From assembly GCA_002633005.1 (NCBI GenBank), contig NMRA01000281.1:496527-560526 (forward strand): a DNA stretch of 64,000 nucleotides, written 5' to 3'. This stretch comes from Phoronis australis (lineage: Eukaryota > Animalia > Phoronida). Made by a program: the position numbers and the translations under genes. The notes beneath the pieces were generated by a model. It had not been told where the DNA came from. It saw only the letters and a list, made by a program, of their open reading frames with translations, and did no database searches. Positions 1 to 14,300 of the stretch are shown here, in pieces (the first letter of the stretch is position 1; every line of letters starts with the position of its first letter).

Positions 1-799
1 TTACCAGGCAAGAACAATTGGACGTATGTATCAGACACCATTTGAAATATTGGCAAAAAATTTATACCTCTACATTTTTTGTTAAATTAAGAAATTAATG
101 GTGGTGAAAGTTGGTTCCACAAAACAGTAGTTTAGAAATAACATAAAGTTATGTTGAGTGCTGCTTTAATAGTGGGTCGAATGTGGCCAAGTTCCAACTC
201 AAGTGAGATAAAATGAGATTGAAGCAGTTTATGAAGCCAAAAATAACACCTGACTAGCTCCATTTCGACTATGATAAAACTGTTTAGTTAACTTGCCTTG
301 TTTCACGACTCATTTTTTGTGACCATCGCAAAATTATTTCAATCATTTTACACTCGCTATTAAGTCAAAGGGGTTATCCTAAGGTACCAGTCATATTAAG
401 TAAACAGCGCTAAATGTATCTGATAATTTTGTCTTGAGAAATTTTGTAATAAACTTAAGTGACACTTTTTCACTGCCTGGGTAATGTCAGTTAAGGCTAT
501 GCAGGGCCCTCGGCTGGATAAATATCCAAATTTGGCCAACTTTAGAACATATCTCATATGGTTGATGGGGTTCATATGAAACTCTCAGATATTGTGCTTT
601 ATGCACAGTTCTCCAACGTAATTTTAGGAAAAGTTTTTAATCTGTTGCACTTTTGTATGAGGGGTTATCAAAAATATGTCTTAAGTTTTAGGATTTATAT
701 AAAAAGCCTCAAAATTTACGTAAAGCAAAAACAAAATTATTTAGTAATATTTGCGTCCACATATTCATATGTGGGTGCCAAAGCTTCAGTCAATGGGAA

Positions 800-1447
800 C
801 ACTTAACTTCGAACCTGTATCAAAGTTAACAGCACTCCGAAGTAAAGAGGTGTATTAAATAGCGAAGTGTCGACGCTTGGCTACAATGAGAACGCTTCAA
901 TGCCATTGGAGTTATTGGCAGGGGTCACTGCCTGTGTTTGTCAACAGTGGACTGTGACTGGTTAATATTTGTTAATATTTTGTTATAATATAATTTTGGC
1001 AGTAACAGCATGTTGTTTCAATTTAACCATGTATTTTCTGGATTCTTTACATTAAAAATATCACTGAACGTATGATACACAAAACCAGTTCCTGCCATAC
1101 TTCATTTGTTCAGATCAGCTGTTGGCCGACTCAAGAGTCAATTTTTTAATATGTCTTCTTCTAGTTCATCATCATCGTCCCAACATGGCAACCAATGGCT
1201 GCCTTGTGAAGTTGATATTCTGGTTTCCATTTTGGGAGGGGGATAGGTATTTGTCATTTTTGATAACAAGGACAAAAACACTAGGGCAGGTCACATTAGC
1301 ACTGCCCTGCGATAGCTTCGCTGAACTGGTTTTCTGACTAACTAGGAAGCTGATGGGAACACTAATGCTTAACTTCGCTGCGGTTAACCACAATTAACGT
1401 TGACGCTTCAGCAGCTCAGTTAACTGACGAGTGTATGGGAAAGGGCC
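800..1447. mobile_element. MITE-like repeat with TTAACTTCG...CGAAGTTAA palindromes; related pieces at ~6080-6350 and ~8180-8397
   Basis: 802-835 resembles the reverse complement of 8307-8340; shared AACGTTGACG...AAAGG(G)CC end. Confidence 0.5.
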
Positions 1448-2133
1448 TTTGATGTGTTGGGCTTTTCAGATAATTCCGACTTACTCAAGGAAACACGGTT
1501 TAATCACTCGAACTTGAACACGTTATGTGACTTGACCGGGCGTATACACGACAAGTTAATGGAAGGTCAATAGTTGGTGTATGGACTATAATATAGTTGT
1601 ATGGTGGTGTTGTTCACTGTCGATTCTCGTGGTGACACAGGTGAAAGTAAAGTGATGACTCCTACTGTTCAAGGCCTTTGATTTTTGGGCCAAATTGCGT
1701 GTCCATTCCCCTATGAAAAGTATCTAAAAGTCACATGAAATTCCACCCAACAAGCCCAAAAATTCCCCTCCAATAAGTATAAAATTTTGCTATTGGTTAG
1801 AATCACTTCACTCTCCAAAATGTTAGTTTTGACTGCTTGAAGCTTTGTTTCTGAGAATGAGAAGTGGTGATGGGGAGTGGGATTGTTTGGTAGTGACTGG
1901 AGGAGGGTCATTTTTCCCCTGAACAAAAAATTCCCTCAGAAGGTTCAGGCACCTTTCCCCTTAGGTGAGCAAGGGTGCGGGCATTATTATATTTGGGAGT
2001 CAATGGGCTCGTTGTGGTCAGAGTGACATTCTTAAGATATTGTAGGATCCAAATTTACATGCACTACAATATGAGGTAAGCTTGAAATTAAGATTGGTGT
2101 TGACTTAATTTGTTGTTACCACTGTTGTTGCAG

Positions 2134-2385
2134 ACTTCATAGACATTGTCAAAGACTCTGTGTCCAGCAGTGAATATAAAAAGGAAGAAGACCCCAAACT
2201 GTACAAGTCAGCCAAGACTGGAAGGGGCCCGCTCTCCGACAACTGGAGGGAGGAATACATTGCTGCCACCTCACAACCCAATCACAGGTCAGATGAGAAG
2301 ATTATGTGCGCCTACAAACTGTGCAAAGTGGAGTTCCGCTACTGGGGCATGCAGAATAAGATAGAGCGATTTATACACGATATTG
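2134..2385 (+). CDS. rdgB: rdgB exon a (PITP domain)
   Basis: ttgcag|ACTTC...ATTG|gtaag; [10 protein letters not shown]...[17 protein letters not shown]. Confidence 0.93.
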
Positions 2386-5300
2386 GTAAGCACAGTTCAT
2401 GTGACATTTGTGTGTATTTGGCTTCTGTAATGCATGGTGGTTGCTTCACTTATTTAGCACACAATATGTCCGACAAGGGAAATTCAATTGTGTCAAATTT
2501 CTCCACGAAAATGAAGATTTAAGTAAATCTTAGTTTATTGGTAGCAAGGTTTGTATTATGTAGATGTCATAAAATAACTTTTGGTAAATTTTCCATTATT
2601 TGTAGCAATCAGCCTTTGAAAAATGGATAAAATAAATGTGAAATAATTACAGAATTACCATAACATAATTCTCCTATCTTACTTTAGGTTCTAAGAAACT
2701 GACTTAAGTTCATTTTTGACTTAAGTCTAAGATTTGTCTCATCTTCCAGACTTTGAAACTTTGGTAAGTTAGTCAACATTAAGCCAACACTTAAGTCAAA
2801 AATCTAAGTCAAACTTAAGATTGCTCTCTAGAAACGGACTTTAGGCAAATTTAAGTTTTATCTTAAAATTGACTGAAATTTAAGATTTGTCGTAGCTAAG
2901 TCAGTTTTATTGGAAGTAGCTCCAGAGCAACGAGCAGCGATTTCATTCTTCGTTTAATAAAACAAACCTAAGTTCACCTTTAAAGTCAGTTTCATTTTCA
3001 CCATATTGCAGCATGTCATATTGTGATTTCCGTAATAGAAATATTCATTTGGTGTTCTCAGTCTGATGTCATTCTAGACAAGCAGTTAAGGTACGTTTTA
3101 AGTGGTCTCAGATAGGCTTTGTGCACAGTTGTGTCCAGCAGTAGGTGTAGTGTCACATGGAATGGTTTTAATGGTAAATTGGATACAGGTAACAACAATG
3201 TGCTGATGATTGGATGTATGGATTTGGTCCTCGAATTTTAGTTTGGCATGTATACAACCACACTTGGATTCTCTTAAAAGTCTTGATTCTCTTGAACGTC
3301 TTCCTTGCACAGATTTTTGATATTATTTTAGATGTATTGGACTACCCAGATAATTCTAGCAATACCTTATCAACATAATAAGAAAACAGGTAGAATCATC
3401 GAATGATACGTGAAGTAGCCTTTTCGCGCCATATTGCATCATCGTGATGACACAGAAAAAAGAACAAAAGGCCATAAGTGGTTGTATTGAGTGGGGGTCT
3501 GAATAAAACAACGTTTAGTGATTCTCGCAGTAACGTAGACAAATGTAAGTCAACAAGCTTAGTCACCTTTCATAATTGCATTTTCCAATGCTCAAAACGT
3601 GCTGTAGCAACCAAGTTCACCATGTGTTACTGTTGAAGGTAGGCTTTAATCTTTGGCGTGTTGGTCGAGAGAGACTGACATCTATCACGGCGCCACTATT
3701 CTTTAGGCACATTCCATGAACAAAGTCAGCGTAGTACACCATATGCCTGTTCTTATCATAAATATATGTGTTCTTTTCTATTTAGTACCAACAGTACTCT
3801 TTGTGTACATTCTTTGAATTCTGTTTGCACACGACATAAAAGTACTTGATCTTAAAGGCACTCTTTCCTCTTTTTTCACCGATTTGCAGCACAGAAATAG
3901 ATTCACCAGTCGAGAGAGACCAATATAGGAACATTTTGTAAATTCTAGCCTTGTACATATTTACATTACTTACTGGTAAATCCTAAGAAGTGAGGTTTAA
4001 TGCCATTTTTGGGAGCATTGCTAGGAATTCAAAAATTACATTGAAAATTTGATATCTAATTCTGGTTGTTTTGAAAATGTTTCATTTCACATTGAACGAG
4101 CATACATCATTTGGTTTCAATTAGACTGGTTTGCAGTCGCATTTCTTTCATAAAGTTTTTAACTAAAAAGAAGCAGATAGAATATCTTTGTATTAATAGC
4201 AGACCCACAAAACTTTATTTAAAAGTTTTTGATGATCACAGAACCTTATCATCTGCACAAAAGCATTGTCCAGACATTTTCACACTTACACTATTGATAT
4301 TTCTCAAATATTGCGTTTTTTCACAGAGATTGCTGTATTTTCCCAAACGTTAATATTTGTGAAACGTCAAATTTTCTTACAAAAAATGCAGTCACATGAT
4401 GTAAGCACTATTGTTGTGCGCATTATAAGATTCTATGGTCATCAAGGATTTTAAAAATGTGTGCTTTTATGGGTCTAGAATCAATACTTTTCAAGATATT
4501 GAAGAAATTTGATCCGTGGTAACAGAGGTTCCCAATTATTCTAAAGTAAAATGCACTTGCATGTTGCTATGCACTTGCATGTTGCTATGCACAATTTCTC
4601 CATGTTCACGTTATTCCTTGAACTAAGTCCGCATATTGTAATGAGAGGTTGTTGTCATAAGGTTTTGGTTTGTGGGATGTCAGCATTACCTTTAACACAA
4701 TTGGTCATTATTTTTAAAGAAGTTGATGGGTTACGTTACTGCAGTGTTCTAGACAACCTGTTTTGACTTATGACTGTCGAGTTTTTTTGTCTTATTTGCA
4801 TCGAGTTCAAAGTAATTGGAGATTAGTTATTTCTTTAGCAAATTAGAACATTTTGGATTTTTGGTACCAGTTCAATGCATTTTTGTTCCCTTCACACCAA
4901 ATGTAACCCTAGTTTGTGGTTTTAGTCACTATTACTTTCCGATTCACCCCCAGTTAGTGCATTTCCAACAAGATATGGCAGCAGTACCATNTATCTATGT
5001 TATGTGCTATCGGCAAATGTGATTGATTCATAAATAAGACCCTCACGCTGTGTTTTCTGCGAATCCCATGTATTCTGAAGGGGGCTAACTGAGTGATTTT
5101 CGCGCATGCGCAATTCACGGTTTCAATATTGCTGGTAATGGGTTGTTTTGAAAACGTTTGATTTCACATTGAACAAGCATGTACATCATTTGGAATAAGT
5201 TTCAATTAGACTGGTTTGCAGTCGCATTTCTTTCATAAAGTTTTTAACTAAAAAGAAGCAGATAGAATATCTTTGTATTAATAGCAGACCCTTAAAACTT

Positions 5301-8300
5301 TATTTAAAAGTTTTTGATGATCACTGAACCTTATCATCTGCACAAAAGCATTGTCCAGACGTTTTCACACTTACACTATTGATATTTCTCAAATATTGCG
5401 TTTTTTCACAGAGATTGCTGTATTTTCCCAAACGCTAATATTTGTGAAACGTCAAATTTTCTTATAAAAAACGCAGTCACATTATTACGAAGATGTGAGC
5501 ACTATTGTGCGCATTATAAGATTCTATGGTCATCAAGGATTTTAAAAATGTGTGCTTTTATGGGTCTAGAATCAATACTTATCAAGATATTGAAGAAATT
5601 TGATCCGTGGTAACGGAGGTTCCCAATTACTGTAAAGTAAAATGCACTTGCATGTTGCTATGCACTTGCATGTTGCTATGCACAATTTCTCCATGTTCAC
5701 ATTATTCCTTGAACTAAGTCCGCATATTGTAATGAGAGGTTGATGTCATAAGGTTTTGGTTTGTGGGATGTCAGCATTACCTTTAACACAATTGGTCATT
5801 ATTTTTAAAGAAGTTGATGGGTTACGTTACTGCAGTGTTCTAGACAACCTGTTTTGACTTATGACTGTCGAGTTTTTTTGTCTTATTTGCATCGAGTTCA
5901 AAGTAATTGGAGATTAGTTATTTCTTTAGCAAATTAGAACATTTTGGATTTTTGGTACCAGTTCAATGCATTTTTGTTCCCTTCACACCAAATGTAACCC
6001 TAGTTTGTGGTTTTAGTCACTATTACTTTCCGATTCACCCCCAGTTAGTGCATTTCCAACAAGATATGGCAGCAGTACCATTCACTGACTGAACTTTCGC
6101 AACTGCCTTGTTCATACGGTTTCAATGTCATAACCTTTCACTAAATTACCCTGGCGTGCACAGGGTTATAAACACGGTGCAACTTCAAAACTTGTTTGAA
6201 AAGACCCTTTCATATGGAATTAACTCCTGTCTGAGCGGAGTGTCAACGTACATGTATACTGCGAAGTTAACTGGACCATTCATACTGGCTTCGGTAGTTA
6301 ATGAACATCGAAGTAAATGGTAGGTGATGCTGTCGTCATCAAAGTTATCGCAAGGTAGTCCTCCATGCTAAGATTTTTTTCAGTGTGACAATTTGGGAAC
6401 ATTTACATGTGCTAATTGACATAAAACTTTTTAAAATCAATTGGTGATTTTTAGAGCAAATTACCGTAAACGTTCGGGTTAACGCCCTGGGCGGTTAAAT
6501 TGGCAAACCCAAAAAATCGGGGGTGGGCGATTAACCAGACATGGGCGCTTAAATGTGAAATTTCAAGAAATCCAGGGTGGGCGGTTAACCGAACATGGGC
6601 GCTTATTACGACAGGCAACCGCCCTGGGCGGTTAATCTTACCTCGTGATCTAAGTCCCCACACCACACACGCACTCGGAACGCGTAGCACTTTTCAAAGA
6701 GCGTTATCGTCACGTCCCCACATGACGGGGAAAATGTCATAACAACGGATGATCCCAACAAAGGTTCTCTTGCCCTCAGATTAGTTATTCACTCTATTAA
6801 ATTTACAGAATTGCTGAGTAATAGCCCCGTGCCGTCCTGCGGTCTTGTTACTTTGCCCTGCGCAGGGCAGACGACCTGAGACCACGCAGCCTCTACTTGG
6901 ATTGCAAATATTTCAACACGTGACCTTGCTAAAGTATGCGCGTGCAAGCTTCACTTGTTGCGGAGGTCATAGCAGACATCAAATTTATGGTTACAGTCTC
7001 GTACTAGCTGCCAAATTCATAGTCAGAGAGCAGTTTTAAAATTAGTTGTAATAAAAGTTTGATAAACTTAACTCAGATGTTTTTTGTGTTTGGGATATCG
7101 ACACTCCGTGACTCAATGACATTTTCAGCGTATGGTTCTGCGGCTAGCTTTTTTATCTCGACCGCCCGGCATTGCTCACTTGCCGTTGTGCCAAACATGC
7201 TCGGCAAAGAAGTAGGCCTAAGACAAGAATCGGGGTGAGCCACTCGTCAATCAACAATAAAATTTCGAGCCACGGCATAAATATGTGATAAAACGCCACA
7301 AAACAGCGATGTTTCAATTCATTCTTAAATGATCACCTTACCAAACTTCGTGGTGGAAAAACATTTATTTTTCATGCAGGATGTCCAGATTATCCTATTT
7401 ATATCACTTGCAAAATCGCATTGCGGCACTGTTCGGTCAGGCTGTTAGCGCGCAATGTCTCAGTCGGCTGACAATCGTGATTTATAAATGCCGTCAAGTA
7501 ATATAACGGCCTCTTTCGATATATGCACCTCGTTTTTTTATGGCAAAAGATANTTTGACATCTTTCCGTGAGTTGTGCGATTTGTTCAAAATACGAGAGC
7601 TTCCCACCTTAATAGAATTTGGAGGGTTGGCAAAACCATGGTCACATTTCTCTGGCCTGATTTTTTCAAATATATGTTTTATCTTGTGCACTACAGATGG
7701 AAACTCAGCGCGGCAGACAAAGTCGCTGAAAGCGGAGGTTTTGACGCCGGCGGCGTTCTTAAACTTTGCAAACATGGGAAGAAAATAAAGTGACAAAAAC
7801 GTATTACATTTTGAAGTGAGTCCATGACCCAAGACAATAACTCGTTACTTGAATTGGAATTCACATTGCTAAACCACCGTCTCGGAAGCCCAGCGTCGTT
7901 GCGCTCTTTGTGATCATCGATCTTTTTCTAAAAGTCGGGAAATCGCACGTTTCCTTAGTACTGGGCGCTAAATCTTCATTATTTAAAAGTCGGGGATGGG
8001 CGCTTAACCGAGAGGTGGGCGCTTAACTGGAAATCTTCAAAAATCGCAGGGGGGCGCTTAACCGAGCAGTGGGCGGTTAAATCGAAAATCCACCTAAAGT
8101 AGGGGGTGGGCGGTTAACTGAGCATGGGCGTTTACCCGAACGTTTACGGTATTAAGCAACTATTAGCGACGGCACTACCCTGTAATTGTTGAAGATAACA
8201 GTGGCACCTGACAATAACTTCGATAGGACCGAAGTTGACCATTCATACTGCACCGCAGCATCGACCCTCCGCTCTTAAATCCACCTGTTTAGTGCAAAGT

Positions 8301-11300
8301 TAACTGGTGCTGTTAACTTCGATCCAGGACCGAAGTTAAGCGTTCATACTGACCGCATCTCCCCAAAACGTTGACGTTAGTATCACAGAAAGGCCCTAAA
8401 GTGTTCAGGCTGAGAATTATAACCTCTAAATTGGATACAACCAAAAACCGCTTTGTTGTGAGCAGAGTGTTTATTCGTTCTCTTTTACTAGTAACAGAAA
8501 TTGAGTGTAGGCGTTTAATGATCATCGTATAAAATTTATGTCTTCATTTCACTGCGTTTGATGGACTTATTAAAATTTTTTTCTGAGATTTGTTTTTGGC
8601 CTGCCATGATTAACCCATCTACTCGTATGAAAAGTTGGATGATATTATGTGGCTTGTTACAGATGAGTTATTTCTTAATGTAAACAAATCCAACTATGAT
8701 ATCTCATTCCCATCGTAAAGTGATAAACAATATTATTTCAGTTTTCCTATTAAAATGTGGAAAAAAAGAGGGTTAATTATTCACAAAAAATTGTCTTTGG
8801 GAAATCACATTGATAGTTGAAATCACAATATTACTGAAGTTTGAGGTCAAAACACTATGTTCCACATTCGGTGTTGAGAATATTGTAGAACTGCTCATCT
8901 AAACTAATGGTGTTAGTCACAAGTTCACAATACATTTACTAAGTATTCTGCTTTAGAACTGTTTCATTTGTAATTGATCGTTCTTAATATTGAATTCATG
9001 TTTATTTCTGAAACAAGGCTTGAACAATGGGAAGAATTGCATGCATTTTATGAATGTGTAAAATCAATCAATAAATTATTTATTTTAGTGACCTGTAGCA
9101 ATCGCTACCCAGCCACAACTTCAGGGCTTGTAAGTCACCATTCCAAAGCAAACGTACAAAAAAGGCAACACATACACATATACAGAGACAAAAAGAAAAG
9201 AAAATCAGACCAACCTTCCCAATAATTATTAATTGAGTAGTTGATTGTAGTTTCCATACCACCTGTGGCTTGTTTTTGGTGTTCTTTTCTATCTAAATTG
9301 ATGTTCTCTCTCAGTGAATATATTAAGGCTGATACTTAATTCACTGTTAAGTATTGGCGTTTGTGGATGATCTGGGGGCCAGTTTCTTAAAGAGTCTATA
9401 GCCAAAAGTTGTCTTTGTCTTTTAGTCTGTTCCTGAGCACACTACTGATTTCTGTCTTTTGGCTTAAGCCTGATTTTGTGAAATGGGGTAAGCCACCCGT
9501 AAACTGATTTTTGCCAAAAGATAATGGACTCTTTGAGAAACCACCAGCATGATTGCCATGAGGACCCTGATATTTCTCACATCCCTGATTTCCGTTTTTC
9601 CAACTGTCAAATAATAAATCTAGGGGGTGCAAGCGTGTATCCAAATAACTAGCCAGCTAGTTGTATCTGCTCAGAAAAGTGATACTCATTCAGTCCACTA
9701 AAATTTTATTTGTGGTCAACGCAACATAAAGTTCATTCTATTGTAGAATGCTGGACCCCACAGTTTTTGTAGCTTTTAGATTTGACTGACACATTTTCCC
9801 GAGTTATGGGCAGTTAAAAGACATACAATCTAGCAAATGGTTAATATTTTACTTGCTTTAATCTTTTGCTTTTTCAACAAAGAAGCCAGTCACTGTCGTG
9901 AGCACGCCACGCTCATGACACATGCTCGTCTTCGGTTGCTCTGTAAAGCGGCAGCCAATGACAACTTTGCCATGGAAACACCATTAGAAATTCAGTTCAC
10001 TGGTTACTATAGATACTTAAAATTGCCCAAGAGTGAAACTAATGACGATAATTTGTTGTGTTCTAACATAATTTTGTGAAAAGAGAGAACCCTTCATTGA
10101 AGAATCCGACGTCTCAAAGATATAGCCTTTTCTCAGAACTAAGGTATACAATCGGTCCGCAAATTTAGCTACAGAATGACTGAAAGTAGTGGCGTTGTTT
10201 TCACACCAGGTACGATATTTTCTAGTGGTTATTTTCTCTGTAACGAGTTAACAAGGTTCTTCCTGAAGAAAATTATAAATGGTGGAAATTGTGTGTCTTG
10301 TTGCTTTCGGACAAATTTATTATTACTATACACATTATTTTAACTTGCTAAGGATGTCTGTATTATTGCTGCAAAATAATAAAAATTATTCCTGCTATGC
10401 TAGAGAATTCCAATCACGTGACTTGTAAAACATGGCTCTATGCTTAGCATGGTCATTGTTGTACGGTGTGATATTCAAATAATCCACACAAGAATGTGTT
10501 TCAAAATGTACATAAATGAAAGAAAGTGTATTTCGTTATTGTCAACGCGGCACACCTCTTACCCATCGGGCCGGGATCTAATCTTTTAACTCGAGTTGAA
10601 TTTATTTTCCATGCTACTTTGGTATGAACTCAAGATAAGTTTCTATTATTTGGTGCTTGTGTATATCGTGGTTTATATGCATTACTAGCAGGGTTATTCT
10701 ATTTTGCATGTGAGGACCACACAATTAAAGCCATAAATTCGAGTCTGAACTTGGAATTTCAAGTTTGTACTCGAAATCTTGAGTTTTTACTCATTTGTAG
10801 CTCAACCAGGAATCGTCCAGTGCAATATTGGATCACACACAAGACAGTGATTTGTATAATCCATAATGTACTCATGCACAGAATAATTATTAACAGTTAT
10901 TTACCTTACGTTTATATCAAAGGAGAACGGTAAATGATAATTTTCAAGTTGGGTTTCGAGTTTAAAGGTTAGATTCGGGCCCAGAATTAGAAATTGGGTC
11001 ATGTGAAAGACGCTTTTGTGTTGTCGCAATGCTGAAGAGCTGTGTGTGTAATGTTTCCTATTCACCATACCGGTATCTATCATTGATTTGAAACAAAATG
11101 TGCTGCAGCTGTAATTGTAAAACCATTTCAAGATTACATTCAACGAAAGTGCTTAACGTCTGCTATAACTTGCCAAACTGTCGACCGTAGTTACCTATCG
11201 CCACTCATCCCTCAGACTAATGGATAACATAATGACTGGGCGAATCTTGTCACTAAATGCTTTACAAATATCCATCAGTCAATAACTACTGACCATTTCT

Positions 11301-14300
11301 TCATTAGGTCTGGCCCCGTTGGCGCTGGTCATTTTATTGATCTTGTCCATTTCTGGCTTCACATCCATTACATTTTCCTATAATTGGCGGAAACCTAGGT
11401 TGCGTATCCTAGCAACAGAAGCTTGAGTGGTGCTTTCGTTTTGTTTTGAGACTTCATAAATGATAGATGTCTCTTGAGATTTGCTGCACTGTCTGTTCCT
11501 TTAATATTAAACAAAAAGTTCAAGCATTGCAGAATTTGTATTATGTTGTTTTGTTCAGAGGGGGACCTTACATAAATGTCCAAATTTACCTAACTGTGGA
11601 ACATCATATCTGAGAAATGACTGGTTGGATGCAAATGCAACTTTCAGAGACTGATTTATGCGCTGTTCTCTGACACTCTTTTATGGATTCTTTCCAAAAT
11701 TATCCATTTCTGCAGTAGGTACTATAAATATTAAGACTATGATTGTTTTTATGAAAATAATTAAAAACTCACATGAGACGAAACGAAAATGGTAATTTAG
11801 AAAACTAAAACAACATTTTTGAAATTTCATCTTATATCATTTTGTATTGTTAAATGAAATTTGGTCGAGTGATTAATCTCGTTATTTTAATGTACATTTA
11901 TTTATGATAATTATTTCTAAACGGACATGGTCATGTGACCCAATCAGTAGCATATTATTGGTAGTTTAAAGTCAAGTATCAAATTCTTGAGTCTTTACTA
12001 CTTTGAGAAAATAGTTGACGTAATTTGATGATAATTTTGTACGGTAGATATTTGAATGAATACACAGAGTTGTTGATAAGGTCCCACATATCCTTAGCTT
12101 AAGGGTATTTTTACCTGTGGAAATATTGTTGTACTGTTGGTAAATGTAAACTTTGCATTTTTCACGAAATTTATTTTACTGACATTTTCTGTTAGCTGCA
12201 TCGTGATCGTGGGTTTGTATCTTAAGCTATATTCTGTACAATTCACTTAACACTAGTATTGTGAACAGGAATAAACTAAGTCCGTTTATGCAGCTTATTT
12301 CAGGTGAAAAACAAGACTGTCAAGATTTCTCCAAGATGGAGTTGCTGAAAATTTTTGGGACTTGACAGAAAGTTGCTTTCATGCTTTTAGTGTGTGGTTT
12401 GATACCACTAATTTGTTACGTTTGTCACTACAGAGCCTGTTTTGTCCCCTGAACCAATGACCAGGGTTGTGATAGTTGGCTTGATACCTTCAGGAAACAT
12501 CGTGCAATGGCCAAAACACACTAGCCCAGTTGACAGCCAACTCTAAAAAAGACTACTTGTGAATAGATTCACAGCCTATTCACGGCTTACTGTACAGAAT
12601 CCCAAAAGGAAAGATTCTGTAATAACTGTTTCTAATGCCAATTATGTTTTTCTGTTGCATAGTGATTTGTAAAATATTGTAAACTTGAGTGGGGCTCGAT
12701 AAATCATTCTTAGTTTGTGTGACTCAGTTCAGAAGAATGTTAGGAGCCCTGTCTTTTAAAAACTAGGTCAATTACACATGCATTTTTCTACCTTGCAAAA
12801 GGAGAGAGTTGAATTCGGGATGTAGCTTTACTAATTGCTTTTTCAAAGGGCTGCGCAAGACAATGGTCAGTGCTCACCGCCAAGCATGGACATGGCAAGA
12901 CGAGTGGTTTGGTCTTGAGCTTGACGACATACGGAAGTTAGAGAAGGAAACTCAGCGCCTCCTGGCAGAGAAAATGGGAGAACCCGAAAACGAAGATCTG
13001 TTTGAGGATGGACCGGGGACACCCGGCATGTCAAAGAAAGGCAACAGGAATAGTTTCACTATTTTGGCCAATGAGACCGTCAACCAGAATGGTACATCGG
13101 GGGATGGAGACAACATGGTGCTGTCTCAGAAGGGAGCAGAACGGAGGAGCACATGGTCATCGTCTGGACGTCGGTCAACTTTAGGTAGAGTCTGTTGCAT
13201 TTTAAAGGCCTAGTGTCTAGGGTTTAGTTAAAACCCTGAAGGAATCTCAACTTTAGAAGTAGGCCTCTTACAGCTCATAACATTAATGTCAATTTATACC
13301 TCACTGAAACGTGCTTTCTGAGTTGGGGAAGGATTGATAAGTCATTGCTGAAGACTGAGCTCAATAGGTTAGGATTTATAGGCTCATCAGCTTATGCATT
13401 AGAAGCAATATGAAGGCAAATAGGTTGGTTCTGTGACTGAACACTAGATGGTGTAATCGGAGTTAAATTAATTAGACCTTCCCAGGTGTCTAGGACACTA
13501 TCTATCAAAATATTACCTAGTCTGCATAGGTTTGTTTATTGGACGGGCGAAATGCGATAAAAATTTATTGCGTCAGTCAGTTGCCATGCCGATGCAAAGT
13601 CGGTTGTAAATCGCCAAATCATTGGCGAATCTTAATAAAAATTTTGACATTTACATGATTACAGACACTGTTTGACTCTCTGCTATGCAGTGTGTTTGTT
13701 TTCATTTTTGTCTATTTCAAAAATAAACTGACGTCATCCAACCTGATGCTTCTATGATGCCCCAAGTGCAGTTACAGCACAGGTTGCTAATTTTTTTCTG
13801 CTCGGTCAGTCACCAGTCTTCGATTCCTCCTAGACAAGCAATGATTTGTTAAAAGAGTCATTAACCGATCCTCATTGTGATCATCACTTGGGTTGGAAAT
13901 GTGGCTAAAGTAGCAAATCATAATCACTATTTTGAAGGTCAGAAGAGCGAAGCTGGTTTGCATTATGAACAACCAATATTTTGATATGGAATATAATACA
14001 ATTCAGTATATAGAAATATTTTATTTCTTTAGTCATACCGTTAATCAGCGCCATCCTCATTTTAAACTCTTTGTCCTATGGGGGTTGGAAGGAGTTTATT
14101 GTGGAGTAACTGTGTTGCTGTCGCCATTTTATGCAGGGTCGTCAAAGACGAAAAGCATAAGCGAAGCGGATTGGAGAATTGAAAAATTGGAAACACTTCA
14201 GGATGAAAGTTCCGACGACGATGGCGATTTATTTTATGATGCATTTGGTAGGTCACAAGACCGTAGCTATCCTAGAATATATTTAGAAATGCATGTTGGG

